This document shows, in pieces, positions 18,786 to 31,800 of a DNA stretch of 64,000 nt. Location: the NCBI GenBank assembly GCA_029261295.1, contig JAJDBP010000014.1:8474-72473 (forward strand), read 5' to 3'. The notes under the pieces are model-generated. The model was given only the letters and a program-made list of their open reading frames with translations, had not been told where the DNA came from and did not search any database. Every line of letters begins with the position of its first letter. Positions within the stretch are counted from its first letter, which is position 1. A program made the translations under genes and the position numbers. This DNA is from Nitrospirales bacterium. GTDB lineage: Bacteria > Nitrospirota > Nitrospiria > Nitrospirales > UBA8639.

Positions 18786-20543
18786 TTACCTAACCAACCC
18801 TGAAAGTCCGGCAATAAGGAGAGAGGCTGCCGCATAGCCCATGAGTTTATGGAAATAAAAGTAATAGCGTTGCCATCCTTGAAAATCAATTGAGTAATGC
18901 CTTTCCCGCAATTGAATAAAGGGCAACAACATATCTAGGCTGTAGATAATCCCGATCGGCATTTGATGTTCTTTGGCCTCCTTTGTATTACGAAAGACCA
19001 AAGCACCGATGAGGATAAGACCACTTACCCAAAAAATGAGATAGTAGATGCGGTAACCAAACCCAATAAACAGCTTTAAGATTGTTAGCCCTAGCCATCG
19101 ATACCAGGATACGGTTCCGCGTTCTCGATTTTTTCCGGCAAACAAAATATCGTTAGCTTTTTCGTCCTGTCCTGCTTGCGAAAGTGTGGCGGCTAAATGT
19201 TCATACGGTTGGGGAGAATAGTGTCGTTGTCGACCAAGCCACTCAATAAACCATTGGCTGCTTCGTGTCGCCATGTCATTGGTACTAGTTGCGGTAAACC
19301 CACCCAGTTGCGAATACGCCAGCCCATCTAATTCCAATCTGGATGGCCAGGATTCTGGTGAATCTTGCAAGGCTCCCACCTGCACATTCCGGAGGATCAA
19401 TACAGACTCTTTTCTCCATTTCGTAGGTCCGTAGAGAGGGGGACGATAGAGTCTCAGTTCTCCACGAATTTTCGTGCCCGTCAAATTCACACTCCCCAAG
19501 CTGCTTCCTGAGAGATCTAAATTATCTCCAAAGGTAGAAAACCACAGCTTAATTGGCTCCGACGATTGAATCTCAGAATTCCTCAGGAAAAAGCTTCTCG
19601 CGACGTCCATGGAATCCAAATTTAGCTCACCTGAAAAGCTGGAATCTCTGATATCCACTTGCCCTTTGATCTTGGCATTCAAAAGATTGAGTGCGGCCAT
19701 TTTCACATCGCGAATTAAGAGATTACGTTCGATGGAAACTGAGTCCATGTCAACTTTTCCATTGAAGGTTGATTTACCAAGATCTAGTTGTCCCCCGACT
19801 GTAGCCCCGCGAAGCCTAACTTCTCGAAATTGCGCTCTATCAAGAAAGACACTGGCTCTCACTTTAATGGCATCCATATCTACCGTGTCACTAAAGATCG
19901 AACCACTCATATCTAATTGTCCATTAATTTGAGCGCCGCGCAGGATTAATTGCGTAAATTTAGCCTGCCGTAAGAATAGATTCTGGCCAACCTTCACTGA
20001 ATCTAAATCGACCACGTCTGAAAATTTTGAACCTTGAAAAATCAAGAGGTACGGGGTCTGGAGGTATTTCAATCTCAGGGCCTTCTCAAATGTAGAATTT
20101 AAAAGCCATAAAGGGAAGGCAATCTGGGCTCCTGTTAGGTCTATGCCTTTCGTAAATTTTGCCCCAATAATACGTATTCCTTGCCTTGTGACGGCTTTGC
20201 GATAGGGATTATGGAGGAGAATCGTCTCTAGAAAGATTGGGCTAAGAACTTTCAAGGATTCTTTTTTTTTTGGCTCTGAAACTTTCTTCCCAAATTCTTC
20301 AATGATGAATTGTTTCAGATCCGCAATTTCCCCGACACACACCTTCTGCCAAACCCATTTTTCTTGAATAGACCACGCCCCCACGGGTTTGGCTTGACAG
20401 GTTTGTCCGGGCAGTGAAGAGCTATTCGCCTTTGCGTTTCCCAATGCTGGCAAAAACATGACAAGGATGCTCATCATCCAAGCAATCAAGAATCCTTTGG
20501 ATGCAAAGGAACGCCAGAAGTCTTCCGTTAAATCTCTCACCAC
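18786..20543 (-). CDS. Membrane protein with an extracytoplasmic beta-helix (pentapeptide-like, ~43-aa unit) repeat domain and a C-terminal multi-TM domain
   Basis: 585 aa with an N-terminal signal/TM segment FLIAWMMSILVMFLPALGNA. Repeat units are FLRQAKFTQLILRGAQINGQLDMSGSIFSDTVDMDAIKV, FLDRAQFREVRLRGATVGGQLDLGKSTFNGKVDMDSVSI and LIRDVKMAALNLLNAKIKGQVDIRDSSFSGELNLDSMDV. C-terminal TM segments are WLGLTILKLFIGFGYRIYYLIFWVSGLILIGALVF and LMGYAAASLLIAGLSGLV. Confidence 0.65.
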   Translation of the reverse strand: MVRDLTEDFWRSFASKGFLIAWMMSILVMFLPALGNAKANSSSLPGQTCQAKPVGAWSIQEKWVWQKVCVGEIADLKQFIIEEFGKKVSEPKKKESLKVLSPIFLETILLHNPYRKAVTRQGIRIIGAKFTKGIDLTGAQIAFPLWLLNSTFEKALRLKYLQTPYLLIFQGSKFSDVVDLDSVKVGQNLFLRQAKFTQLILRGAQINGQLDMSGSIFSDTVDMDAIKVRASVFLDRAQFREVRLRGATVGGQLDLGKSTFNGKVDMDSVSIERNLLIRDVKMAALNLLNAKIKGQVDIRDSSFSGELNLDSMDVARSFFLRNSEIQSSEPIKLWFSTFGDNLDLSGSSLGSVNLTGTKIRGELRLYRPPLYGPTKWRKESVLILRNVQVGALQDSPESWPSRLELDGLAYSQLGGFTATSTNDMATRSSQWFIEWLGRQRHYSPQPYEHLAATLSQAGQDEKANDILFAGKNRERGTVSWYRWLGLTILKLFIGFGYRIYYLIFWVSGLILIGALVFRNTKEAKEHQMPIGIIYSLDMLLPFIQLRERHYSIDFQGWQRYYFYFHKLMGYAAASLLIAGLSGLVR

Positions 20544-20805
20544 GAATCCTTTGAAGGCCTTGTCGGAAAAAATACAATATAGGCCATTATTCCACCAACT
20601 TAGTTACACATTCAAATAGTGGGTTTAATTTCTGTCATTAAAAACAGGATTTTTTGAATGTTCTAGATTTAATGCAGGCAGTATAAGAAAACCGGCTAAA
20701 TAAGGGAACTTCCCAAACCACGGGTTTCCTAGCATGACTAAGACCATTGGAATTCGAAACTCCTTACGACCAAGATTCTATGCAAGTGATATTTTTAAAA
20801 AGGAA

Positions 20806-22617
20806 TTACTTGCGCCGCTTCAATTTTCCCTGACGGAGTCTTGAAGACGTGCTTTTGGTGAGAGGAAAAACCCGAGACCGAGAAGTTGAGGATTTTAATT
20901 GCACATCTTCTTCAACGAGAGCGGAAGGGGACGATTCCTTCCTAGGATCCACTAATAATGATTCCGCTAAGAATGGTTCTGGGAGGGCAAAGGAATCCAA
21001 AAACGTTTCAACGAGTTCTGGAGTGTTGCGCGGAGCTGTGGGATCTACTAGACCTGCAATGAGAGCAGGACCTCGAATACCGGAGAGGTACCGATACACC
21101 ATTTGTCCATCTTGCATGGGAGAAGAAATCCCGTTCCCATCGACATCACCATAGGCTTGCTTTGCCTGGTCTAACCGGGTTTCCAACAAAGCGGGACATT
21201 CAGCGGGATTGGTGGGACAGACCTGGGAGAAGTCCACGATACCTTCAAACAACCCCTCTCCCCGTAGCCCAAAAAGATAACGAATAAAGAGTTGAGCATC
21301 GATCGATGATGTTGCATCGCCGTCATCATTGGTATCGAATGTGACGCCCGAGCCAATGCTATTGAGGGTACCATTCGAAGCAGCATAGCCTAAGACGTAT
21401 AATTCTCCTGCTTCATCTTCGCCAAAGCCACTCACCGAAATACTTTGAGGCAACGGGTCCGGAGCACTCCAATTTCCCAGAACATCTTGCCGAATCGCCC
21501 ACAGTCTTGCAAAGACAAAATCGCCATAAAAGTAGATGCCATCTAACTGTGGCAGCTTTGTCCCACGATAGCGATAGCCTCCTGTAATGGATCGGCCTTC
21601 ACTATGATCGTATTCCAGAATAGGTAAGGTGAGCGTCCCATGATCTACCGTCATACAATTAGTTACAGGATTAAAGCAATGCAACCCCTCCATATTGCGC
21701 CATCCGTAATTCTCTCCGCCCTCGCTCGACGCTCGTTGAAAATTAATTTCTTCCCAACGATCTTGCCCCACATCACCAATGAACAGGTCACCCGTTTGTC
21801 GATCAAAACTAAATCGCCACGGATTGCGTAATCCGAAAGCCCAAATTTCTGGAAGTACATTCGAATCATCGACAAACGGATTATCGGAGGGAATGGCATA
21901 CGGCACACCGCTATCGACATCAATGCGTAACATTTTCCCCAACAACTGTGTGGGACTCTGTGCCAAATTCCCAGAATCACCAGATCCCCCACCGTCGCCC
22001 ATCCCAATGTAGAGAAACCCATCTTGCGGACTAAATTGCAATTGCCCTCCGTTATGGTTGGATTCGGTATCAAGTTGATCTACTGTGAGAATGGTCACAC
22101 CAGAATTGGGATCCGCCGCATTGGGATTACCCACAGACACCGTGTATCGCTCGACCACTGTATCCCCAGAGGTATTCGTGTAGTTTACAAAAAAGAATCC
22201 GTTCGTCTCATAGTTGGGATGAAACGCCACGCTCAATAACCCTTGCTCTCCGCAGCAAGAAATCAACTGGCTAATATCAAGAAATGGGGTCGGCAACACT
22301 TGAGAACCGTCAAAGATGACAATTTCTCCACCCTGCAAGGTAACAAAGAGACGCCCACTCCCATCACCGGCATGGGTCACGGCCACCGGACGTGATAAGC
22401 CTGCGGCTTTGGATTCGAGAGTGATTAAGGGAAACGGCGTAAGCGCATATACAGGCGAACGATGGCTTTCTGCAACAACAAAGAAAGAAAGAAGCGGTAA
22501 AACGATAGAAGCAAGATTGAGTCGAATTAAGAATATGGACATTGCACAATTCCAAAAAAATATTTTTAAGGCTCTTACCGAAAACACAGTCCGGACCCAC
22601 CTTTGGGTTACATTCAA
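20806..22617 (-). CDS. Exported PQQ-dependent sugar (glucose/sorbosone) dehydrogenase-like beta-propeller with a C-terminal dockerin-like pair and a polybasic tail
   Basis: 603 aa. GSDH landmarks are GDGSGRLFVTLQGGEIVIF, GEQGLLSVAFHPNYETNGFFFVNYT, NHNGGQLQFSPQDGFLYIGMGDGGGSGD, LLGKMLRIDVD, YAIPSDNPF, EIWAFGLRNPWRFSFDRQTGDLFIGDVGQDRWEEINF and GENYGWR. The dockerin-like pair is FDTNDDGDATSSIDAQLFIRYLFGLRG and GDVDGNGISSPMQDGQMVYRYLSGIRG. The protein ends SRLRQGKLKRRK. The start is TTG 22617 or ATG 22542. Confidence 0.85.
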   Translation of the reverse strand: MNVTQRWVRTVFSVRALKIFFWNCAMSIFLIRLNLASIVLPLLSFFVVAESHRSPVYALTPFPLITLESKAAGLSRPVAVTHAGDGSGRLFVTLQGGEIVIFDGSQVLPTPFLDISQLISCCGEQGLLSVAFHPNYETNGFFFVNYTNTSGDTVVERYTVSVGNPNAADPNSGVTILTVDQLDTESNHNGGQLQFSPQDGFLYIGMGDGGGSGDSGNLAQSPTQLLGKMLRIDVDSGVPYAIPSDNPFVDDSNVLPEIWAFGLRNPWRFSFDRQTGDLFIGDVGQDRWEEINFQRASSEGGENYGWRNMEGLHCFNPVTNCMTVDHGTLTLPILEYDHSEGRSITGGYRYRGTKLPQLDGIYFYGDFVFARLWAIRQDVLGNWSAPDPLPQSISVSGFGEDEAGELYVLGYAASNGTLNSIGSGVTFDTNDDGDATSSIDAQLFIRYLFGLRGEGLFEGIVDFSQVCPTNPAECPALLETRLDQAKQAYGDVDGNGISSPMQDGQMVYRYLSGIRGPALIAGLVDPTAPRNTPELVETFLDSFALPEPFLAESLLVDPRKESSPSALVEEDVQLKSSTSRSRVFPLTKSTSSRLRQGKLKRRK

Positions 22618-22813
22618 TTGTTATACCGAATCAAGGGGCATTCCTCTTATCAATAAACCATTGATATATAGGACTTATAGGAAGAAAGATAATAAGAGCG
22701 CACGACGCACCTGAAGGCAATTGAATACAGCATACGGCAAGGGATTAGTAAATATCTCTAAGGAAGCAAACCCTCCACAGCCAAATCAGGGTGGATGATC
22801 TCTTCGACAGTGG

Positions 22814-25800
22814 CTAGACGCGTTCGAGCGGAAGATGGTCTGTCAAAAACGCCTGAAGCCACAGTGATGGTGATGGAAAAAGAGAGACAGAATGTGGCAC
22901 CAACTTTTCTTCGCCAACATGTGTCGCATGAGGTATCTTTTTCTGAACCACTTTTGTCACTGGGATTGAAACTGAAGGGAAAGATTTCTTGGGCACTTCA
23001 TTTTTAGAGGCATCAAAGAATTTGCGACCCATCACTGGGAGAGCCATTCTTGTAGAAAAATCATTTCTTGAGCCCACCGATTTGGGGACTTCAGGAGTTT
23101 CAGATAAAAGCTCTGCGGCAATGAATAATTCCGATGCATCAGAATTACGGCGACCAAAAGTCACAGCCTTTGTAGTTGATCCAGGGTTGGATTGATCCCC
23201 GACAATACCGGCCAGGCCGGTCACCTCTATATTCGGCATGATCATGGTGAACTCGGGGGCATCACCTGTAGTCGGAAGCAACTGCTCAACTGGCTGGACC
23301 GTTTGTTTAAGCGGGTCCAGCACAGGAACAAACACATCCGAGTCGTGATCAGTTTCACTTTCCTGGAGCACGATCATTTGACCAGCGTTGGCCGAAGTCT
23401 GCCCTAGATCCGGAGCCATGCTGCTCTCAGCAATGGCACTCATACCAGAAAAAACTGGATCGAAAGGATCGGATGTCCCCCCTAAAGTCATGACTTGAAT
23501 AGGACCAGTCGGAACTCCATTCGGCACAACAAGAAAGAGTTCTGAGTTTGCGTTTGGGAAAATGGCTGACACGACAGGCCCGGTCATAGGCCCACTGTCT
23601 ATCAAAGTCTGGTCATCAAAGTGCACAGCTAAAACTCCTTCGGTGAACCCACTTCCTGTCAAAATAAGAGGCTCATCGTGAAATGGACCATTTATCAGTT
23701 GCTCCACATCCGTTAAAGTAGGGATCACCTGCAGAAATTGACCGACCGTCTCGCGCTCAAGCCGTACCATCCCGGTTGCTGCAAAATCGGGGACCACCAC
23801 ATCTAAACGAGATCCTTCTCCCGCAACCATCGTTGGAGAAACCATCTGGGTCTGGACCTCTCCACTAGGATCAATTGTTGTGAAAACGATTCGGTCGGCG
23901 GAAGTCAACCCACTTCCCTCTAATGTAATAACCTGCCCAACATTGGCCGAAGAGAGACCAGGGCGAGCAGGGATCCCGCTTACAGCAGAAGCGATAATAT
24001 TTGTTACGGTTAGACTGCCCTCCTCAATCAACTGTAAAGCAACCGTGTACAGCCCCTTATCCCCATTTATTCCGCTATTCTCCAACATCGGATCATAGAA
24101 CGAATTTGACGTCCCACTCACGCCAATGAACACTGTCCCAGAATCGGGAATCCTCATACTCGTATTCATCCCACCCGAGGACACAATGGCCAACAGCGTG
24201 CCGTCTAGATCAAAGGCTCGCGCGGAAAAAAAACTGGGACCATCCGCAGGAACCCTGATAGAAAGAATTTCCCCGGCAGAAGCCGTCACTTGGAAAAAAT
24301 CCACATCCCGTCCATCAAAGATCGTATCCCCGACCATTCCTTCAAGGGTCACTCGATGATTAAGCGGTAAATCGATAAATTGTGCGGTGCCAAGGGTGTC
24401 ACCCACATCCATGCGTATCACAAAATCTGGGAGTGTGGATAAACTCATGCGCTCCAGCAAAACCATATACCCATCAGCATCACCAACACTCCCGCCACCA
24501 CCGAGTATCGGATCGTAGGTCATGTTCGGCCAGCCACTAATCCCCACGAAATAGGTCCCATCAGCCGGAACCACGAAATCATCAATGACCGATACGCTAC
24601 CAAATAGACCATCCCCATTAGCCGCCAGCTCAGTCCCCGCCTGATTGAACAGGCGTAAGGACAAAGGCACACCACGCACCGATAACGTGGTGACGTTGAC
24701 AATCTCACCCGCAAGCCCGGAAAAACTCAACACATCGACATCGGCCCCACCCAAAGGACCGTCCCCAACAGCAGCCGAAAAAAGAACCTCACTATTTCCT
24801 GGCAAGGCAATGGGCATAGCCGTTCCAAGAGTCTCTCCAGTATCTACGGTGGTGAAGATATCCGGCAATTGGGTTAATTCTAAACGCCCGATCATCAGAG
24901 CATAGGCACCAAGAGACCCTCCAACACTATTGGCACCATTGAGCGGATTGTAGACGTCATTACCTTCCCCACTCACGCCAACATAATAGGTAGCAGTATC
25001 CGGAACTTCCGCTGAAAAAAAGTCAAAGCCAAAACCCACTTCAATCCCCATGTGATCAAACACGCGTAAGACGGGGGCCAGGGAACTCGGCGGATTGAGC
25101 CCAGTGGTTTCAACTTCAAAAAAGACCACATCGCCAGCGGACAAGTCGACTTGATAGAGATCCACATCTCCATCACCAGAGCCGTTATCGCCAATGACTG
25201 CATCTATACGAATTTGTTGATTCAAAGGAACCGCCTGAACGAGGGCCGTGGCCGTCGTCCCTCCAATATCAACAGGGGGAACGAGATCAGGCAATTCCAT
25301 CAACTCTGGCCGTATCAAGGTCAGTGCATACATTCCAGTCTCACCTTCGACCCCACTGCCAAGGATGGTGGGATCATAAGCAAAATTGCTTAGCCCACTC
25401 ACACCCACATAATAGATCCCAGCCGCTGGAGCTTGAAAATCAAGCTCATCCTGTGCAATGGCAAGTTCAAACCCCGTATCGTCAAATACACGAAGCACCG
25501 AATCTAAGAAATTGCTCTCCAACTCCACAGTCAATCCATCTCCAGCCCCCAAGTTAATGGCAAAGAGATCCACCTCCGCTCCAGCTAATACCGAATCACC
25601 AATAGCAGCCGAAACCGTCACCACGTTCTTCGTAGGTAAATTGACCAACGACGCTGTAGAAAGAGTATCCCCGACATCAACAGATGCAATAACCGGCGCA
25701 ATTTCCATCAACCGACTCAGCGTCATCTCGACATCATAAATCCCAATTGATCCAACACTACCACTTCCAGCGGCGGTCGGATCATACAGCACATTTCCCA

Positions 25801-28800
25801 AACCACTCACCCCAAGATAATAGTTCCCAGAACCAGGAGCCACAAACTCATCTTCAGAGCTCACTCCAGTTCCCCCAATGATAGTCGTATGGAAAAGTTC
25901 AACCCCGCTGTCATTGAATACCCGAACTTCAGTGAGACCCGTACTAGGAGGGATTCCCGCAAAACTCAGGGCATCATCCGCTTGCGCAGAAAACGAAAAC
26001 AAATCAACATCTAAGGGACCTAAAGTGGTATCCCCTACAACTGAACGAAGTCGCACTTGGCTGTTGCCAGTGAGACCCAGATTCTGAGCAGTCGCTAAAG
26101 TATCACCGACATCATCTGGCAAAACAAGATCCGGCAACATAGTAATCGGAACACCATCACGCAAAATGGCACTACCCCCAGAGGTGGCGAGAGTTATCAC
26201 CCCATTGCTCACATTGTTGGGAACTGTCAGTTCCACAATTTGCTGATCTAACCCAGGCCCAAATATATTCGCACTATCCACAATGGTCTTCACATCTAAT
26301 ACAGAGACGACCTCACCATCAATGGCAAGAAAAAGATTCCCGTCGGACAAACCAGTCCCTTCCAAGACCAGTTGAGTTCCAGGTGCAATAGCACCTCCAA
26401 CGGAACGCAAGGTCGGCACAATTTGCAAAGGAAGTGCTATGGGAGAACCCAAGACGCGCACCAGGCCTGTCTGAGCTAAAGCTGGGACATCAACCGACAA
26501 CTGTGTGCCGTCGCCATTGGCCTCACCAGTCCGAGTCAGCGTCCCGACAAAGCCGGAATCATCCCTGGCCTCAAATTGGACCAGAGTCTGATTGGAAAAT
26601 CCTTGTCCATGCAACAGAATACTTTGTCCCGTGTTTGCCGACGGTTGCCCAGGGTCAGCAGGAAGACCTTCATCCGCGCTGGCCTCCAACGACAAAAACT
26701 CCACAACAGGTTGCCCGGGAAATGTCGGACCCGGAAATTCAAAATACCCACCGTCCGTCGTGACCCGGATTGGCCCCTCAACAGCCAATGGCGCAACAAC
26801 AGATAACGAACCAGCAACATCGATCTGGTCGTCATTGGTAAATTGATCCACCAGAGTCAATCCACCAATCGTGACCGTGCTGACTCCTTCTTGAAATCCA
26901 GTACCAATCAACTCAAAAGGAGCAGCGATTCCAGGTTGCCCATTGATTCCGGTTATGACAGGAACAATCTGGAGTGGAAAACTCCCTCCTCCTCCGCTTA
27001 GCGTCACAATGCCGGTTCGGGCTTCATCCGGGACAATGACTTGCAGTTTTTCGGCCTCATTCAGAGCCAATGATGGAAGCACAGCGATAGTTGTCTCGCC
27101 TCCGTCAAGATCTCGAGAAGGGAAAACAACCTGGGTCGCCAGCGTAATATTACCTCCTCCAAGCTCAATACTTTGCCCCACATTGGCTGAGGGAAGGTCA
27201 CTTTCAAGGGGAATGCCGAATTCCGCTTCAGAATCGACGGTACCTATCTCAAAACTTAGAGTAAGGGCTTCGGTTACATGATTCCCTGCAAGATCAGCAA
27301 GAATGGATTGATCAATAGTGACCAGATAATTTCCTGGGATAAGTGTGGATTGCGGAATGACCGACAGCAGTTGTCCGCGGTTTCGCAAAACCAGATCACT
27401 CAAATCAATTGCAAGGTCATCCCCTCCGCCCACAATCCCATCGGCCCCAAGATTCAAGATAGTAACTCCAGCAACATCAAGCTGATCATCGTCTAGAGCC
27501 TCATTGAATGTCAGATCAATCGAGGCCGCTGAAATCACGGCTCCATCAGCAAGAGGAAATGTTCCTACGACACTAGGAGCAACCGTATCCTCAACTAACT
27601 CAAAGGAAAGAATGTTTGAAAGCGCGCTATTACCCCCGGTGTCTGTTGCCCTAGCCTGAACAGTTAATGATGACGCACCATTGATGATTGGGGCTGATGT
27701 GAGAAAATCCCAAGGAAACGAGACGTCTTGCCTCACCACCTCGCCATTAACCAACCATTCAACATTTCGAGCTTGGACATCATCTTCCACATCAGCACGC
27801 AAGGCCAGAGGTGCCCCTTCAAAAATTTGAATGCCATTAGTGTTTGGGTCAATATCATCTAGCATGTGACTTAGAGAAATTGTAGGGGCTACACCCAACC
27901 CATCAAAGGGAAGGTAATTGACGACGTGTAAACCAAAAGGATTACCTGCGACGAAAGCAATGCCACCACCAATAGCAATGTCTTGAATCCCTCCAAGAAT
28001 AAGAAATGACGTCAAGAAACGATCCGTTTGTGTTGGGTCACTCACATCAAGAACCCCTAAATCAGCTCCTTCCGGGTTATTTAGACCTGCAAAAATGGCT
28101 ATACCTGATCCGTTCACTACAACATCAAAGACATTGATATCTGATGGTTCGCCAATTAGCTCCAAACCATTGGTGCCATCACTGATAATTTCTAAGCCCG
28201 GCATCGTATTTGCGCTATCCACAGGTGCCAAATAAACTAATCCTCCCCCGGCAAAGATACTAAGTGAGTCTAAAATCTGGAATTGATCCATGGTAATCTG
28301 ATCAATAATCTCGAACGGATCCGCAATCAGCTCAATCTTAGAAACCGTATGAGTCGATGCATGGGCACTGGAAACAAAATACAAGAATCCGTCAGAAATG
28401 GCCATGTCATCAATAGGACCAGTCACATATTGATGTTGTCCCTGAACTACTCCTGTCAGAAGATCAATAAGGACAAGCGTATCGCCTACCGCGGCATACA
28501 CAAAGCCATCAGCCACCTCAACATTATTGGCAATCAATGCGACCGTTTTAAATAGTTGGGGAAACATAGGATTCGACACATCAATTAAATGTACCCCGCC
28601 TTCACCTGAAGCAACCACAGCAATCTCTAGGTTAGTATCGACTGATACGCCAGTGGCCGCTCCTGGCAGATCCAATTGCCCAAGAACAATAGGATTATCA
28701 AACTGGGAAACATCTACGATCGCCAAACCATGAAATCCGGTCGCAATATAGGCTGTTTGTTGTTCCTCATCTGTGAGGGACCCTTCAACGATAATGTCCA

Positions 28801-31800
28801 TGGCAGGGCCATTTAACGGCACCCTAGAGATAATTCCTGTTGGAAATCCACGATCATCTAAAGGGTTGAGTCCCTGTTGGATTTCAGATAGATCAGAAAT
28901 TCCATCATCATCAGTGTCAGAATTGTCCAGAGAGGTCCCCATGGTTATTTCCGCAAGATCCACCAATCCATCCCCGTCCGTATCAAGAAAAGTTTCATCT
29001 GGAATGGCAAGATAAGACCTACCAGAATCCGTGACAGTTCTGAAGCCTGTATTAGGGTCTAAAGTTAAAGAATCTCCAGAAAATCCACTAAACTCACCTA
29101 TAAGGTTTTGAGCTGGAAGATAAACCGAACCAGTGTAAAATTCGTTTTCTGGAACTACTAGTCGCCATTTGCCATCAGCATCGGTGGTGGTCTGTAAATT
29201 TAAATTACCCACCTGGACTGCCACTACCGCACCTTGGACGGGATCGGCAAAGGGAGCCATAATTTCATCCACCGCAGCTTGAATAAGCGGTAGCAAATCC
29301 CGAAGACCATCCACAAACCAGATACGCCCTTCAATGGCTTGCATGCTAGCAATAGATAACTCCAGATGCCGTTGAAGCTCCATTTGTTGTTCGACATCTA
29401 GTCCCAGGTCAGGGGCTTCGGGATCGCCAAGCTCCATGATAGCCAATGCCATACTTAAGTTTGTTTCCATGTTCAAGTAAATTTCGCTTTGAACATTCAA
29501 TTCATTCAATAAAAAGTCAATCTCATGAATGGCAGCAGAGAATGCACTCCCATCCACCAATTCTGAAGTTATCCCTGATCCTAGAGACCACTCTTGCCCA
29601 AGATTCTTTGCTTTGTTTAATTCTTCTCCTACCTTTTGCAAAGCGTCGCTCATTTGATAGATCCCAATTCCAGTTCGAGCTAAACTTGCTGCTAATCCCA
29701 ATGGAGTTGGGAAAATGGCTATACCAGAAAAGAAGAGACTTACTCCTCCAAGAATCGTGGGGTCATCTATAAATCCAACTAAATCAATAGCGATTGTCAA
29801 AGCACCAGCGAACCGGCCAATTCCTGAATTCTCTGTTCCCAGGGTAGACGTGACAATAGATGTGCCAAGGGAAAAAGCACCTAGCCCAAAATTAAGAGCA
29901 TTACTGCCCGCATTAACCAATTGTCTCTTCGGACGAGGATCATTAGGGTCATGCGGAGGGTCTCCCTCATTTCCCCCACCGCCTGCATTCCCCCCTACGC
30001 TACCCCCTAATTGGATCCCAGGCTGTGTTAAGTACCAACCAGGAGCAAGAATCCCAACTCCTGGATCCGAAACAATCGCCATGCCATCTGAAGTTACGGT
30101 ACCTGCTCCAATCACTTTCCAATTCCCGGCATCATGATCAAATGACCAGATCAGGCTAGAGTCACCAGGGTTCAAACCATCAACGTTAGGAAATGTTACC
30201 TGTGCGGGCACATCAAAATTCGTCGCGCCTTCCGCTTGAATTGAAAGCACGAGTTGAGGAACGACCCCTGGAGGTAACGGAGCAGGCAATCGATTGGGGG
30301 GGACCGGGATAATAGCGGCTTGGGTTGCAGGATTTCCTTGATCATCAATGGCTGAACCAGCTTCAAACGTCACCTGCATCACCTCCCACATTGCGGGGTC
30401 AATGGCAGGAAACATTTCTTGAAGTTCTGCCACGCCTCCAGGACCAAATCCCACCTGCGTCGCTTCTGTTGGCGATAACAGTTGAATGTCACCCTGTGCG
30501 ATAGGGGGTAAAAAAATATCAAACGGCTGGAGATTTTTTTCTATTTGAATCTCCTGACCCGGCACACTATGAAAGGGTTTTCCGACGTTGGGATAGACAG
30601 TCCCCGCAGGTGCATTAATGGCGGTCGATCCATCAATATGAACAAAAAATTCTGGAGCCGGCATATTTTGTAAAAGAAAAAATCCATTTTCATCGGTCAC
30701 TACATTGGCTTCGGGAAAGGCATCGACCCGAATCGTCGCTCCAACGATGGGAATATTATTTCCTTCTGCATCGACATTTACCGAATCAAACACATATCCA
30801 AAGACATTCGTGCCCGGAATACGAGTCAGCGGCAAAGTGCGAAAATCCGCAGTAAGGACTCCTCCAGGAACACCATCTCCATCAGCATCCAACAAATGGC
30901 CATCTTGACCGGAGATCGAATCCCCGTCGACCACCAACCGAACTTCCGTAGAGGCCGGCAATGCATTGTCGTAAAACAAGGTGACAAATCTCTCCGTACT
31001 CGATACTTGAAGCCTGCCAGGCACCCTTTCACCTTGGGCGATAAGATAGACGTTCTCTTCTGTGATGGTGGTCGGGTCAATGGCTTCATCAAATCGAACA
31101 ATGGTTTCCCGAGTGAGATTCACCATTTCTTCACCACCTAGTGGCGACGTCTCGGCAATCGCCGCTGGATCTAACACGGTAAATGGTACAATAGCCGGTG
31201 TCGCGAAGGGCTGCCCGGCTAGATCAAACAAGGGGCCGGTGATCGTGAACGTATAATCTTGATCAGCCAACTCTCCACCTAAGTGCAGTTCCGCTGTCGT
31301 GACATCCACCTGCTCAACAGAAATGATCGGAATGTTCTGCCCGGCATTGGGACCACCTGATACCTCAACGCTGTAGCTTACTGCAGCAAATGCCTCTGGA
31401 CTCACGGCTTCATTAAATTCCAGAGTGAAGGCCGAAAACGTTTCAGATAATATGCCACCTGGTGCATTTTGAAGAATTGGGCCAATCCGGTCTAAGATAA
31501 AGCTAGTTTCCAAAACATCCGAAAGATTGCCCTGTTCATCTTTGGCTAATAATTGCAGGCGATGGAAACCCTCAATCAACGGTGCTCCCTTGATCGCCTC
31601 CAAATCAACGACATTCAATTGAAAGCTGCCGTCTGATTGGACCAAGGGCAAGATATCCAATGCTGTCATTCCCTCTGCATCAAATAATGTTGCTTGAAAA
31701 ATGCCGAGCGGGTTCATCTCTGTTACGACGCCGATGATCGTGGGATCGGAGGTAAGGCCATCGGTCGCAAACTGACCTGTATCATTCGCGAGGGTTGCGG

